This document shows, in pieces, positions 34,815 to 44,362 of a stretch of 64,000 nt of DNA. The notes below the pieces were generated by a model. It searched no databases, was not told the DNA's origin, and saw nothing but the letters and a program-made list of their open reading frames with translations. Numbering within the stretch: the stretch's first letter is position 1; the number at the start of each line of letters is the position of its first letter. The stretch is from Bdellovibrionaceae bacterium UBA2339 (GTDB taxonomy: Bacteria; Bdellovibrionota; Bdellovibrionia; Bdellovibrionales; JAMPXM01): NCBI GenBank assembly GCA_002344785.1, contig DDUL01000006.1:2534-66533 (forward strand). The letters are read 5' to 3'. A program made the translations under genes and the position numbers.

Positions 34815-36605
34815 TCACAATGTAGGGGCTTCGCCGTCTGAGGTCAAATCCGTCCTCGCCAGAGTTGCCCAGGGACTTGGCAGTTCACGCCGCCCCAGCT
34901 CCGCAAAACTCAGAACCGTCCAAAGCCTGGCCTCTAGGCGATGCTCCTCGCCCACCTCCTCACACTGATCCAGATCTGCGAGGGCTCGGGCGACTCTTTC
35001 CTGAGCCCAAGCCCTTCGCCCCTGAGACAAGATCAAAGCTTGCGCCTGCTGCTCCGCCTTCGCCCTCCACATCGCCTTGGCCTCGGCCCCCTCACCCATT
35101 TCCGACTCAATCCGCTTTCGACGAAACTGCAGTCCGGCGACACACAGCGAACGAAGCTCAGCCAGAGAATACAAACAGTCGTGATGACGACCGCTCGATG
35201 GCGAACTGGCCACCACATCCGTTGGCTGCAGTTGAAGTCCACTCGGCAGGCCCAGCATCACGAAGTGATCCATCACCGGCGATCGCCAAGTTTGCTCTCG
35301 CAAGGAGCGAAGGCGTGAAGGACATCGACAGGCTGAGCTGAGACTCAAGTCGCTTTGTCCGCACGCGCACAGGCTACCCGACGCCAAGATCTGCGATTCA
35401 AACTTCCAACGCCTTCGCTGCGTAGAGCGTGAGATCTCCCAAGAGCCTTGCGCCATCGGCGCCATCAGACTGAGTCGCACATTTTCATTCCATCGCTCCC
35501 ATTCTTCCAGCAGCAGACACCCACCACGCACTCGCGCCAAAGCTCCGGCTCGAGGCGAGCTTCCTCCACCTAAGAGCCCGGCGATGGTCAGCGGTGAAGT
35601 CGGCGCCTCAAGCGGCAGCTTCGGCCAACTTTGTTCGTCGCCCTCGGCACTCGTACCGCGCTCGGCGCGTAGCTCGGCACTCGACTCCGCGAACTCGGCA
35701 AAGGATCGCAAATCGTGAACCAACCGAAGCAGCGAAGCTAAGCCCATCGAATGCGGCCCCAACACCAAGGTGTGAAAGCGCCCGAGCGCGGATGCGATCA
35801 CAAAGCGTGCGGCTCGACGATTCAAACTCAGTCCCGCCCAAGCCTCACTACACTGAGCTTGAGGATCCCCATGACCGAGTTCACGGGATCTCTGCCTCGA
35901 ACTCACAGCGCTCGAACTGCGATGGGCATCGTGAAGTCGCTGCGTTTTCTGTAACAGCTCCGTGAGATCCGCAAGTTCACTGAGCCGAGCCGGGCCGAAG
36001 CATCGAAATCGCGAACTTGCGGAATCGCCTGGTGCGACCTCGTGCTCATAGCCCATTGAAAGAAGGCCTTGGAGGTCAGTCGCCATCGGCTCAGGCAAAA
36101 TGAAGCTGGGCCAGATCTTCGCACGCCGAGAGGCCTCGACGGCCTTTGCCTCAGCATCCGCCTCCCCAAGATCCTCCAACAACCCCATTTCCGACACTAA
36201 CTGTCGCGCAAGTTCCGTCGCACTTTGATCGCGAACTTCCGGCATTTTGACTTCACCACCCAGACTCAGATCACCCCAGACCCAAGGCTCGGCACCCAAA
36301 GCTTCAGCTCCCTTCACTTGTTCCGTGAGCCACAAAACACCCAGTGCAACGGGCAAATCCAAGCCACACATACTGATGCGTTCGGCACGCGGAGAAATAT
36401 CCACAAGCAGCTTCAAGCCGCGAGGAAAGCGAAATCCAAGCGAGCGAATGGCCGACTTCACTCTCAAGGCCACGTCGCGAAGTGCGGGATCTCGCCCCCC
36501 TAAAAACACGATTTGCGGTAGTCCCGGAACCCACCGCATCTCCAAACGAATGGCCTTCCAAGCATCAGCTTGTTTCACCCAAGTTCTCATTGTGATCATC
36601 GACAT
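34815..36605 (-). CDS. ComM/YifB (Mg-chelatase-like) family paralogue with degenerate ATPase motifs
   Basis: 596 aa. The N-terminus (IRLEMRWVPGLPQIVFLGGRDPALRDVALRVKSAIRSLGFRFP...LLVDISPRAERISMCGLDLPVALGVL) is colinear with the Lon-like ChlI domain of ComM. The Walker A position reads LVLGPHSMGLAS instead of GPPGSGKT, and the Walker B position reads LLLEE instead of FLDE. The downstream ILASGSLCACG...CRCPSRL region is colinear with NPCPCG...C.C. Confidence 0.65.
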   Translation of the reverse strand: MSMITMRTWVKQADAWKAIRLEMRWVPGLPQIVFLGGRDPALRDVALRVKSAIRSLGFRFPRGLKLLVDISPRAERISMCGLDLPVALGVLWLTEQVKGAEALGAEPWVWGDLSLGGEVKMPEVRDQSATELARQLVSEMGLLEDLGEADAEAKAVEASRRAKIWPSFILPEPMATDLQGLLSMGYEHEVAPGDSASSRFRCFGPARLSELADLTELLQKTQRLHDAHRSSSAVSSRQRSRELGHGDPQAQCSEAWAGLSLNRRAARFVIASALGRFHTLVLGPHSMGLASLLRLVHDLRSFAEFAESSAELRAERGTSAEGDEQSWPKLPLEAPTSPLTIAGLLGGGSSPRAGALARVRGGCLLLEEWERWNENVRLSLMAPMAQGSWEISRSTQRRRWKFESQILASGSLCACGQSDLSLSSACRCPSRLRSLREQTWRSPVMDHFVMLGLPSGLQLQPTDVVASSPSSGRHHDCLYSLAELRSLCVAGLQFRRKRIESEMGEGAEAKAMWRAKAEQQAQALILSQGRRAWAQERVARALADLDQCEEVGEEHRLEARLWTVLSFAELGRRELPSPWATLARTDLTSDGEAPTL

Positions 36606-36925
36606 TTCCCAAAACCTCCCAGTGCCTCAGCCCCACCGAGAGCTCGCAATTCGAGGTCCATTTTGGGTGCGTTCAGAAGCCCGCCGTGAAAGCTCTTCAA
36701 GTCCGATCGGCGGACGGCCCACCTAAAGCATCCCCGCGGGCCAATGCGCTGGCCCCGATCTTTGCAAAGCCGAATCAATGATCGTCATAAGAATTTCGAA
36801 TGTTGCGCTTTTGTGTAGGGTCGTCGGTCCCAACCGACACGCCCCCACCGCAAGCCTTCACCACCGTGATGATCTGCCCCTGTTCTAAACAAAGGGCAAA
36901 AAACTTTGTGAGCGAGGAAAGAAAC

Positions 36926-37774
36926 ATGATCGTCGCACCACGCCTGACTCAGCAGCTTCAACAGCGCCGCATTCTCATGCGAGCACTTCTCTTCATCTCC
37001 TTGCTGCTCGCCTCGTCGCTGATCATTTCGCTGCTCTCGCTCTCCGCCAACGCGCAAACACCTCACGCACCCGCCGATGCCGCTAGCCAAGAAAGTGCGC
37101 GCCGAAGCTTCTGCCAGCTTCGCGAGTTTCGAATGGTGAACGCCAGCTCCATCCGCTCAGCGGTCACGACGATCGCCGCCCTCGACGTTCGCGGCGAGGC
37201 CCGCTTTCAGCGCATGCTTCCCGCACTCTGCCCGGGCGCGCAAACACAACACGAAGCTCAACTCTTCACTGCACTTCGCGCTGGATTCTTGAGCGGAGCC
37301 CTGACTGAAGATCTCGGCATTCGCACTTTGCTTGAAATGCTGGGAACACAAGGCCTCAAAGAGCTGAGCCCTTCGGCTGTCGCCACCAACCTGATCATGG
37401 CGGTTGCTGAACTTCGCCTGTGGGAAAAGTCGCCCGACGAATTGGCTCAACTTCGCCGTCGTCCCGCGCAGTTCGAACAAGTCATGCGAACAGCCAGCGC
37501 GATTTTGCAAAGCACAGCCGCGGCACGCGATCAGCTCATCAACGGTGAACGTGAGCTTTCGACCGAGCCCACAGCACCCGGCGCAAGTCTCGCACTTCCA
37601 AGTCTTGCCAATCCCGCGCGCCCGACGCTTCTGCCAGGTCGCAGTGATCAAGAAATGCATCGCAGCCGGCAGCTTGGCGCTCGTCTCAACGCGACTCCCA
37701 ACACACTTCGTCGCGAAGCATGTGAGCAGGAAAAGCAAGCTGGTCGCCTGCCCGCCGACACGATCTGCCGCTAA
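36926..37774 (+). CDS. hypothetical secreted helical protein
   Basis: Start at ATG 36926 after GAGGAAAG. Signal peptide MRALLFISLLLASSLIISLLSLSANA|Q. The body is Ala/Leu/Arg-rich and helical. No family recognised. Confidence 0.5.
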   Translation: MIVAPRLTQQLQQRRILMRALLFISLLLASSLIISLLSLSANAQTPHAPADAASQESARRSFCQLREFRMVNASSIRSAVTTIAALDVRGEARFQRMLPALCPGAQTQHEAQLFTALRAGFLSGALTEDLGIRTLLEMLGTQGLKELSPSAVATNLIMAVAELRLWEKSPDELAQLRRRPAQFEQVMRTASAILQSTAAARDQLINGERELSTEPTAPGASLALPSLANPARPTLLPGRSDQEMHRSRQLGARLNATPNTLRREACEQEKQAGRLPADTICR

Positions 37775-37831
37775 GTTCTGACGCCAGGTGATTTCAACAC
37801 CGTGCGTGCCGCTTCGGCGATCGCCTAGATC

Positions 37832-38755
37832 TTAGGTCTTGGACTGTCTTTCACTCGCCAGCGGATGATGCGAGATCGCTTCCACCAGCGCCGGTGTCGC
37901 CACGCTGGTGTAGATCTGCGTAGTTTGAATCGACGCATGTCCCAGCAAAATTTGAATACTGCGTAGATCCGCACCTGACTCAAGAAGTGCCGTGGCACAT
38001 CCATGACGGAAGCGATGCGGATGCACGGTTTCCGCAAAGCCGGCCGTCTCCGACCAACTGGCCAGCCAGCGCCACACATCCACGCGCGAAGGCCTGTGGC
38101 CTCGATCATTCAACAACAGCGCTTCCGCCTCACCGGTCTTGCGCACAAGCTCCGGGCGAATGCGCTGCAAATAGGTGCGAAGCTCATCGGCCAAGCCTTG
38201 GGTAAGCGGCACGGCCCGCTCTTTGTCGCCCTTACCGAGGATCGAAAGCCACGCATCAGTGTCGTGAAAGTCGCGCAGATTCAGTCCACACAACTCACTC
38301 ACGCGACAACCCAATCCGTAAAGAAGATAGAGCGTCAGTCGATTGCGACCGCGGCGAATGGGATCTTCAACACTTTCCGCCGCCGCAAGCAGCTGATCAA
38401 ACTCCGCGGGCATCAAGGGCTTTGGCAGCCCCGCTTTGACTTTGGGCGGACGAAGTTCTTTGAGCTCGGGAGCTGTAAAGCCTTGTGCCTCGCAAAAGCG
38501 GAAGTAGGTGCGTAACGAAGAGATCACGCGCGCCTGCGATCGCGTCGAAAGTCCCTGCTCTTTCATGAATTGATAGAAGCCCGACACGCTTTGGTTCTTC
38601 GCGCGATAAGCCTCCCAGAGTTCCAGATCGCGACGATAGGCCATGACGGTGTTTTGCGATCGACCTCGCACATGCTGAAGGTCATCGAAAAATTCCACCC
38701 ACAATCGCAAAGCCGGCCGATCCGTCGACGTGCTCACTGACTCGCGCAATGCCAT
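37832..38755 (-). CDS. xerD: tyrosine site-specific recombinase, XerD-like
   Basis: 307 aa. N-terminal SQNTVMAYRRDLELW (XerD-type AYRRDL), GLGCRVSELCGLNL, GKGDKERAVPL, and catalytic HPHRFRHGCATALLESGADLRSIQILLGHASIQTTQIYTSV ending in HHPLA. No phage or IS genes are adjacent, so it reads as the housekeeping dimer-resolution enzyme. Confidence 0.75.
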   Translation of the reverse strand: MALRESVSTSTDRPALRLWVEFFDDLQHVRGRSQNTVMAYRRDLELWEAYRAKNQSVSGFYQFMKEQGLSTRSQARVISSLRTYFRFCEAQGFTAPELKELRPPKVKAGLPKPLMPAEFDQLLAAAESVEDPIRRGRNRLTLYLLYGLGCRVSELCGLNLRDFHDTDAWLSILGKGDKERAVPLTQGLADELRTYLQRIRPELVRKTGEAEALLLNDRGHRPSRVDVWRWLASWSETAGFAETVHPHRFRHGCATALLESGADLRSIQILLGHASIQTTQIYTSVATPALVEAISHHPLASERQSKT

Positions 38756-38796
38756 GCGGAAATCAGAGCAGAACTCGGGCGCGGACGCAACAGCTC

Positions 38797-38843
38797 GAAA
38801 AAGAAAACGGCGGTACCGAGCCCATCTCGATACCGCCGTTTTT
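38797..38843 (-). terminator. rho-independent terminator downstream of the 212-aa lipoprotein gene
   Basis: 9-bp stem ACGGCGGTA / TACCGCCGT (38807-38815 / 38831-38839). A T-rich tract on the minus strand corresponds to plus-strand cgaaaaagaaaa. A T5 run on the plus side also makes it look bidirectional. Confidence 0.75.
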
Positions 38844-38882
38844 GGAAGGGGATTGGGGACTAAAGACTAACCGATCACTAAA

Positions 38883-39521
38883 TTAGAGCGAGAAGATGAA
38901 TTCGTCGGGATACATACAGCCCGCCATCGAGTTCACCTGCGAGAAACCGTTCAGAGAGAACGGGAACTGTCGTCCATCAACAGCCACCGCCGCCGGCATC
39001 GCCGAGTTCAACCAGTTGTTGTAAAGGTTCAGCGTCAACTGAGTTGGACCATTGGCCTGCAGCTGCAAGTTCCAGAAGCTCTGCATGTTCCACTGGCCCG
39101 GCACCAAAGTGGTGACCGAATAATCGCCTGCGGGGATGTTGCAGAGATTGTTCTGTGTCGCCTGACGCACGCGCAGTGTGCCGACCGCGACCACGTTGCC
39201 GGAGTACGACGGAATCGCACCCGCCATCACTTGCCCAGCCTGCTGCAAGTAAGCCGCGTCACCGCGGAACTCCAAAGTGAGCTCAGCCTTCAACACTCCA
39301 CCTGAGTAGTGGCGACCTACAGCCGAAGCGAGCAACGAAGTGTTCGCCGGACAGTTCACACAAGCCGGGTTGACTGGACCCGGAGGTGTTGCGGCGCCAC
39401 CGCCATTGTTCTTTGATCCGCAGGCCGTGAAGACCATGGCCGAGGCCACAGCGACCATCGAGATCGCGCTGCCCTTCATCCACCAGCGGAGATTCATCCA
39501 CCAAGGTTTAAAGTGTTTCAT
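38883..39521 (-). CDS. hypothetical lipoprotein
   Basis: 212 aa. Lipobox AMVFTA|C followed by GSKNNGGGAATPPGPVNP. The body is beta-rich with 4 further Cys. No family recognised. Confidence 0.55.
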   Translation of the reverse strand: MKHFKPWWMNLRWWMKGSAISMVAVASAMVFTACGSKNNGGGAATPPGPVNPACVNCPANTSLLASAVGRHYSGGVLKAELTLEFRGDAAYLQQAGQVMAGAIPSYSGNVVAVGTLRVRQATQNNLCNIPAGDYSVTTLVPGQWNMQSFWNLQLQANGPTQLTLNLYNNWLNSAMPAAVAVDGRQFPFSLNGFSQVNSMAGCMYPDEFIFSL

Positions 39522-39570
39522 ACTAAGCTCCCTTCCCTATTCCTCATTCAAACTTCTGTTTTGACGATTC

Positions 39571-40359
39571 TCACAATCCAGCGGCTGAGCGGGACAATCC
39601 CACAAAGTCGCCGAGTTTCTGATAGTTCACCGTGCGAGTTTCACCTTTGTTGTTCGGATACAAGCTCGAGGTCATGCTCACCGTTCCGCCTGCGCCACCG
39701 GGCACGATGAAGGTGCGGCAATCATAAGGACCGTAAGTGATCTGCCAGCACATCAAGTTCGGACCCTGCATCGGATTATTCGGATAACCATTGTCGAAGT
39801 TCTGGAAGTACACAGATCCACCGACATAGGCCGCGGGTGTTCCGTCACCTGTGTTGATCGTCTTATCGATCACCAACACCACCGCACCGTACTGGTCTTG
39901 GAAGAAGCCCTTGTACACAGGTGTAGAATTGTGGCTCACCCATCCATTGTAGGATTCGTTGGTCACGCCCGAGTAAGGATGAATGACACCCAATCCCGCT
40001 TCGATCACGCGTCCGCCATCGACGAAGCTGATCACCACGACATCAGATTTACGATTGATGTCGACATTGATTGTGACCTGCTGCGGATTATTCGGATGCG
40101 AATTGAAGAACATCTGCGCCAACGCACCAGCTGAAGCCGTCAGTGTCGCCGTCGCACCGGAGTAGCCACCGCCACCAGGAATAGGTGTTGGATTGGTTCC
40201 TCCACCAGGAGGAGGAGTAGGAAGCGTACATGCAGTGCGGCTGCAGTCAGGTACCCCACCTAAATTCACATTGTCTTGCGGCGGGTTCGCGGGCTTGCTC
40301 TCTTTCGCGCAGCCGGACAACGCCAGCAGTGCGGTAAAGAGTAAAGTTGCGCGTTTCAT
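39571..40359 (-). CDS. hypothetical lipoprotein
   Basis: 262 aa. Canonical signal plus lipobox MKRATLLFTALLALSG|C, a Pro/Gly-rich linker (PTPPPGGGTNPTPIPGGGG), then a beta-rich domain. No family recognised. Confidence 0.6.
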   Translation of the reverse strand: MKRATLLFTALLALSGCAKESKPANPPQDNVNLGGVPDCSRTACTLPTPPPGGGTNPTPIPGGGGYSGATATLTASAGALAQMFFNSHPNNPQQVTINVDINRKSDVVVISFVDGGRVIEAGLGVIHPYSGVTNESYNGWVSHNSTPVYKGFFQDQYGAVVLVIDKTINTGDGTPAAYVGGSVYFQNFDNGYPNNPMQGPNLMCWQITYGPYDCRTFIVPGGAGGTVSMTSSLYPNNKGETRTVNYQKLGDFVGLSRSAAGL

Positions 40360-40655
40360 GACTCATCCCCGTTTCTCGGTCTGTTGGTCGACCGCCACCT
40401 TCCGCAGGACTTCAAATGCGAAGGCAGTGCCGAGTGTCTCAAGACGAGAGCGCGAGAATCAAAATCGCGAAACTTCAGGTGAATTCAGGAAGTGTCTCAA
40501 AGTGAGACAGCTCGAGAAGGATTACAGGGTGACGTTTTGTGCTCGCGAATGTGTCAAAGTGCGCCAAAAAGCGGCGCCGAAATCGCGAAATGAGGAAAGT
40601 TTCCAAGGGACTTGTCGGCGGCTATTCCAATGTGGCGGCGGCCATTGCTCGACGC

Positions 40656-41996
40656 CTATTCCAATGTCGCCGTGGCTTGCGCCAGCCCACCCTCGACAGA
40701 ACCACGAATGGAGTAGCGCGGATAGTAGTGAGCTAAGATCTCTTCGGCCGACTTACCCTTCTCCGCCAAGTGCCGAGCTCCCCATTGGCAAAGCCCCACA
40801 CCGTGGCCAAATCCCCGCCCTTGAAACTGAATGCCAGCGGACTCGCCCTCAAAGCTGTAAGCCAACATCTCAAATCGCGTGCTTTTCAATGCGCCATAAC
40901 CCAAAGCCGAGCGCAGGCGTTCGCCACTGAATTCAACTTCACGCCCATCGCTGAGCTTCACCCGAATTCGCCGGGCCCGATCGCTGGCGTCGCGCTCAGC
41001 CACCACCATCGAGACCACTTGGTCATCGCCCTTGAGCACACCTTCGCGTTTCAACTCGCGCGCAATCACAGAAAGTCGACGCACCAAGCTCCAGCGCGCC
41101 TTTGGATTCTGGGGACAAGCGGCGTCGACAGCCGTACCGCCAAAATTCCCACCGCCCCACACATCTTGAGTTCGCGACGTCGCCCCGCCGCAGTCGGAGT
41201 GATAAAAGGCCATCGCCACACGGCCTTGTGGATCCACCAACACGCGACCTTGTGTGGCCTCTACGGCTTGGCGAGATCGCGTGGCCACATGCTGATGCTC
41301 AAAAACTTGATCGAGAATCGTGGACTTGAGTTCCGGTGACAAACCGAAGCGGCCTCGATCTGCCAAACGCGCCAAAGTGAAACTTCGAACTGCGATGGCT
41401 TGGGCTTTGAGCATTTCCATGGGCCAATTCGCAGGCGCTTCGCTGGACACCACGCCGGCCACATAGCGTTCCAGATCAAACAAGCCCAGCACGTCGGTTT
41501 CGCGGCCGACGGCTCCGCGCAGTATCATTCTCTCCGGCGCTTTTTCATTGGCCAACTGAAGCTTCTCGCCACGAATTTCCACTTCGTGACCCGAGGCCTC
41601 GGCCAACACAGCCCCCGTCGACGCATCCAAAAGATGCCAAAGTGGACGCCCATCGGCTCGCGAAAAGCGGGCACGGAATCGTCGCGCCGAAGTCTTCGAC
41701 AAGCTGAGTTCCGCAAATTGCAAGCTCTCGGCTCGCAAACTCAACTCATGACTGCGATGCGCTTTCAAGTGCACGCGAACAGATGCGGTTTCAATTTCGG
41801 AAACGCCAGGGTCCGCGTTTTTTTGCGAGTTGGGCAGGTCTGCCAAATTTGGCATGATCGCCGCCGACGCCGACGGACCCGCAAGCAGGATCAGACCGCT
41901 CGCGACGGCGAAGCTTGTGACCACTCGCCTGAGGCGACGAGCGGTCGCATGAAGAGGATATAAAGGATGTTGAAGATCGATGTTGTCCAGTCCCAC
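40656..41996 (-). CDS. SpoIID/LytB-domain protein (peptidoglycan lytic transglycosylase / amidase enhancer type)
   Basis: 446 aa with a signal peptide. Motifs EMLKAQAIAVRSFTLARL, AMAFYHSDCGGATS and GRGFGHGVGLCQWGARHLA. GTG start immediately adjacent (0-nt gap) to the SPFH gene's stop. Confidence 0.85.
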   Translation of the reverse strand: MGLDNIDLQHPLYPLHATARRLRRVVTSFAVASGLILLAGPSASAAIMPNLADLPNSQKNADPGVSEIETASVRVHLKAHRSHELSLRAESLQFAELSLSKTSARRFRARFSRADGRPLWHLLDASTGAVLAEASGHEVEIRGEKLQLANEKAPERMILRGAVGRETDVLGLFDLERYVAGVVSSEAPANWPMEMLKAQAIAVRSFTLARLADRGRFGLSPELKSTILDQVFEHQHVATRSRQAVEATQGRVLVDPQGRVAMAFYHSDCGGATSRTQDVWGGGNFGGTAVDAACPQNPKARWSLVRRLSVIARELKREGVLKGDDQVVSMVVAERDASDRARRIRVKLSDGREVEFSGERLRSALGYGALKSTRFEMLAYSFEGESAGIQFQGRGFGHGVGLCQWGARHLAEKGKSAEEILAHYYPRYSIRGSVEGGLAQATATLE

Positions 41997-42746
41997 TTAG
42001 GACTTATTCGACGTCATCGCTTTCAACAAATCAATAGGCACGGGAAAGATAATCGTGCGCGTGTTGTCGTTATTGGAGATCTCCGACAGCGTCTGCAAGT
42101 ACGCCAGCTGCAAGGCGGACGGCGATGCGGCCAACTTATTGGAGGCTTCGGCCAACTTTTCAGCTCGCTGCAATTCGCCTTCGGCTGAAATCAATTTGGC
42201 GCGACGTTCGCGCTCGGCTTCAGCTTGGCGAGCGATGGCCGATTGCATTTCCTTAGGCAGATCGATGTTTTTCACTTCGACGGCGGAAACCTTTACGCCC
42301 CAGGGCTCGGTTTGCTTATCGATCAATTCCTGCAGTCTATGATTGATCTTCTCGCGTTGATCGAGAATTTCATCCATTTGAAACTGACCCAACACGCTTC
42401 GCAATGTCGTCTGTGCCAATTGGCTGGTCGCATACAAATAGTCGGTGACTTTCGAGATCGCCTGTTCGGCATCCGTCACACGAAAGTACACCACCGCATT
42501 CACCTTCAGCGAGATGTTATCTTGCGTGATCACATCTTGCGGAGGCACATCCATCGTCACCGTTCGAAGATCCACACGATACAAGCGATCGATGAAGGGA
42601 ATGACAAACACCAGGCCCGGACCACGTGCGCCAATGCTTCGTCCCAGACGCAAGATCACACCCTTTTCCCATTCACTCAAAACCTTGATCGCAGAAAAAA
42701 TCAGCGAGGCGCCAAACACCAGCGCAAACATCAACAGTGAACCCAT
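41997..42746 (-). CDS. SPFH/Band-7 (stomatin-like) protein
   Basis: 249 aa. N-terminal TM, then VILRLGR...[13 protein letters not shown]...[21 protein letters not shown], followed by [20 protein letters not shown]. Confidence 0.9.
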   Translation of the reverse strand: MGSLLMFALVFGASLIFSAIKVLSEWEKGVILRLGRSIGARGPGLVFVIPFIDRLYRVDLRTVTMDVPPQDVITQDNISLKVNAVVYFRVTDAEQAISKVTDYLYATSQLAQTTLRSVLGQFQMDEILDQREKINHRLQELIDKQTEPWGVKVSAVEVKNIDLPKEMQSAIARQAEAERERRAKLISAEGELQRAEKLAEASNKLAASPSALQLAYLQTLSEISNNDNTRTIIFPVPIDLLKAMTSNKS

Positions 42747-42778
42747 AACGACACTTCTCCTCGTTCAGTTGTAGAGTC

Positions 42779-44206
42779 CTAAGCTTTTTTAACTTTCAAC
42801 TTAAGTCCTTCGCGGCCGATCACTTTCACGGACTCACCGACGGACAAGACTTCGTCACACTCCACTTGCCAAATTTCTCCGCGAATCGTGACGGACCCTT
42901 GGCGCGAGGCCAAGCCGCCGCCAACTTTCACTTCATCGATGCTGGCAATCGCCCCCACAAAATCATCCTCCGCCAAGCTCGCGCCTCGTCGCCGAAGCGG
43001 TGCAAACACAAAGTAGCCAAAGGCGAGAAGCGTGATGCCAAACACCGCCGGCACGCCGAGCGAAAGCCAAGGTGAAAGCTGCAGCCCCCCGCTTGCGGGA
43101 TCAAAGAGAAAGACGGAGCCGATCCCGATCGCCACAATGCCGCCGACACCCAGAGCGCCAAAGCTGGGTATGAAAGCTTCGGCAATCAGGAATCCGACGC
43201 CCAGGCCGATGAGACCCACGCCACCCCACACGACATCGAGTTTGTGAAAGGCGACTAACGAAATGATCAGCAGCACAGCACCTGCGACACCGGGGACAGT
43301 GGCGCCCGGATGCGTGATTTCAAAATACAAAAGCCCGAGTGCCGCCAAAAACAAGAGATACGCCAACTCAGGATCGGCAAATAGACTCAAAACCTTCTCG
43401 CGCAGATCCTGCTGCAGTCTCTCCACCGGCAGCACTGCAAGATTCTTGAGCACAAGTTTTTGTTCCCCCGGCATCATGACACTTCGGCCTTCGGCGCGAT
43501 GAAGAAACTCCTCGCGACCCACAACAACCAAGTCCAATCCGCCAGCGCGAAGCGCGGCCTCGGCATCAAGGCTTTGCGCTTCGGTGACGATTTTCTCCGC
43601 GAACTCGACACTTCGACCGCGAAGTTTGGCAAGGCCGGCTGAGAAGCTTCGCGTGTCCTCGACCATCTTCTTTCGCAAGTCATCGGAAAGCGCTTGGCCA
43701 TTTCCCAGAATCGGCGTGGCCGCTCCGAGATTTGTCGCGCGAACGGCGCCCGCCACATGACAAGCTTGCAGAATGAGAGCACCGGCACTTCCCGCATGTC
43801 CTCCAGCAGGTGCGACCAGACACAACACCGGGCGAGACGACGCCAATATGCGCTCCACAATTCTTCGCGTGGTCTCCAGCGATCCGCCCGGCGTATTGAT
43901 CTCCAGCAGCAGAGCTTCGCAGCCTTTCATCTCAGCTTGGCGCTCGCCGCGCTCGATGAAATCCAAAGTCGCAGCCGTGATGGCGCCATGAACTGGAATT
44001 TCATAAACACAGTTGGCGTGGGCGAGACTTTGCCCCATCGCCGCAAGCCCCAGGCTGAACCAAACCAAAGCGGCCCAAAGTCTCCGGCCACTCAGCCAAG
44101 ACCCAAATGCTGGATTAACATGCGACTCTGAGTGCAGCTCTGAGTGCGACGTTGGGTGAGACGCTGGATTTGAAATTGGCGTGAGTAGCTTCGCAAGACC
44201 GAACAT
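42779..44206 (-). CDS. NfeD-family membrane-bound ClpP-class serine protease
   Basis: Start at ATG 44206 (GGAGGA SD 7 nt upstream). ClpP-like region LLEINTPGGSLETTRRIVERI...AGSAGALIL. Four or five TM helices follow, then a C-terminal NfeD OB-fold (VTIRGEIWQVECDEVLSVGESVKVIGREGLKLKVKK). It forms the classical nfeD-SPFH gene pair. Confidence 0.85.
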   Translation of the reverse strand: MFGLAKLLTPISNPASHPTSHSELHSESHVNPAFGSWLSGRRLWAALVWFSLGLAAMGQSLAHANCVYEIPVHGAITAATLDFIERGERQAEMKGCEALLLEINTPGGSLETTRRIVERILASSRPVLCLVAPAGGHAGSAGALILQACHVAGAVRATNLGAATPILGNGQALSDDLRKKMVEDTRSFSAGLAKLRGRSVEFAEKIVTEAQSLDAEAALRAGGLDLVVVGREEFLHRAEGRSVMMPGEQKLVLKNLAVLPVERLQQDLREKVLSLFADPELAYLLFLAALGLLYFEITHPGATVPGVAGAVLLIISLVAFHKLDVVWGGVGLIGLGVGFLIAEAFIPSFGALGVGGIVAIGIGSVFLFDPASGGLQLSPWLSLGVPAVFGITLLAFGYFVFAPLRRRGASLAEDDFVGAIASIDEVKVGGGLASRQGSVTIRGEIWQVECDEVLSVGESVKVIGREGLKLKVKKA

Positions 44207-44362
44207 CACCAAGTCCTCCAAAGTCAGCAGCCTTGATCGCTCGCTCAAAGCAGAAGAAAAGTCGCCGAGCATGCAGCCGCCGGATCTCACCGACATCAGA
44301 GCTCAACTCTAGTCCCTGGACTTTAGGCCAAACAAATCAGATGCAATGCAGTATGAAGCAAA

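Noticed and set aside
34682-38755. tRNA-Cys plus a tyrosine recombinase as markers of an integrated genomic island
   Set aside because: The recombinase has XerD hallmarks (AYRRDL, GKGDKER.VPL, C-terminal HHPLA), lies 3 kb away on the 5' side of the tRNA, and no phage, conjugation or cargo genes intervene. The repeats next to the tRNA do not contain tRNA sequence. I treat it as housekeeping xerD; only the repeat scar is kept as a low-interest finding.
40622-40667. Duplication of the last approximately 12-20 bp of the spoIID-like gene (ctattccaatgt at 40622 and 40656)
   Set aside because: It is a small local duplication of the gene's 3' end, including the stop codon, with no evident function. 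Noted only as a curiosity.
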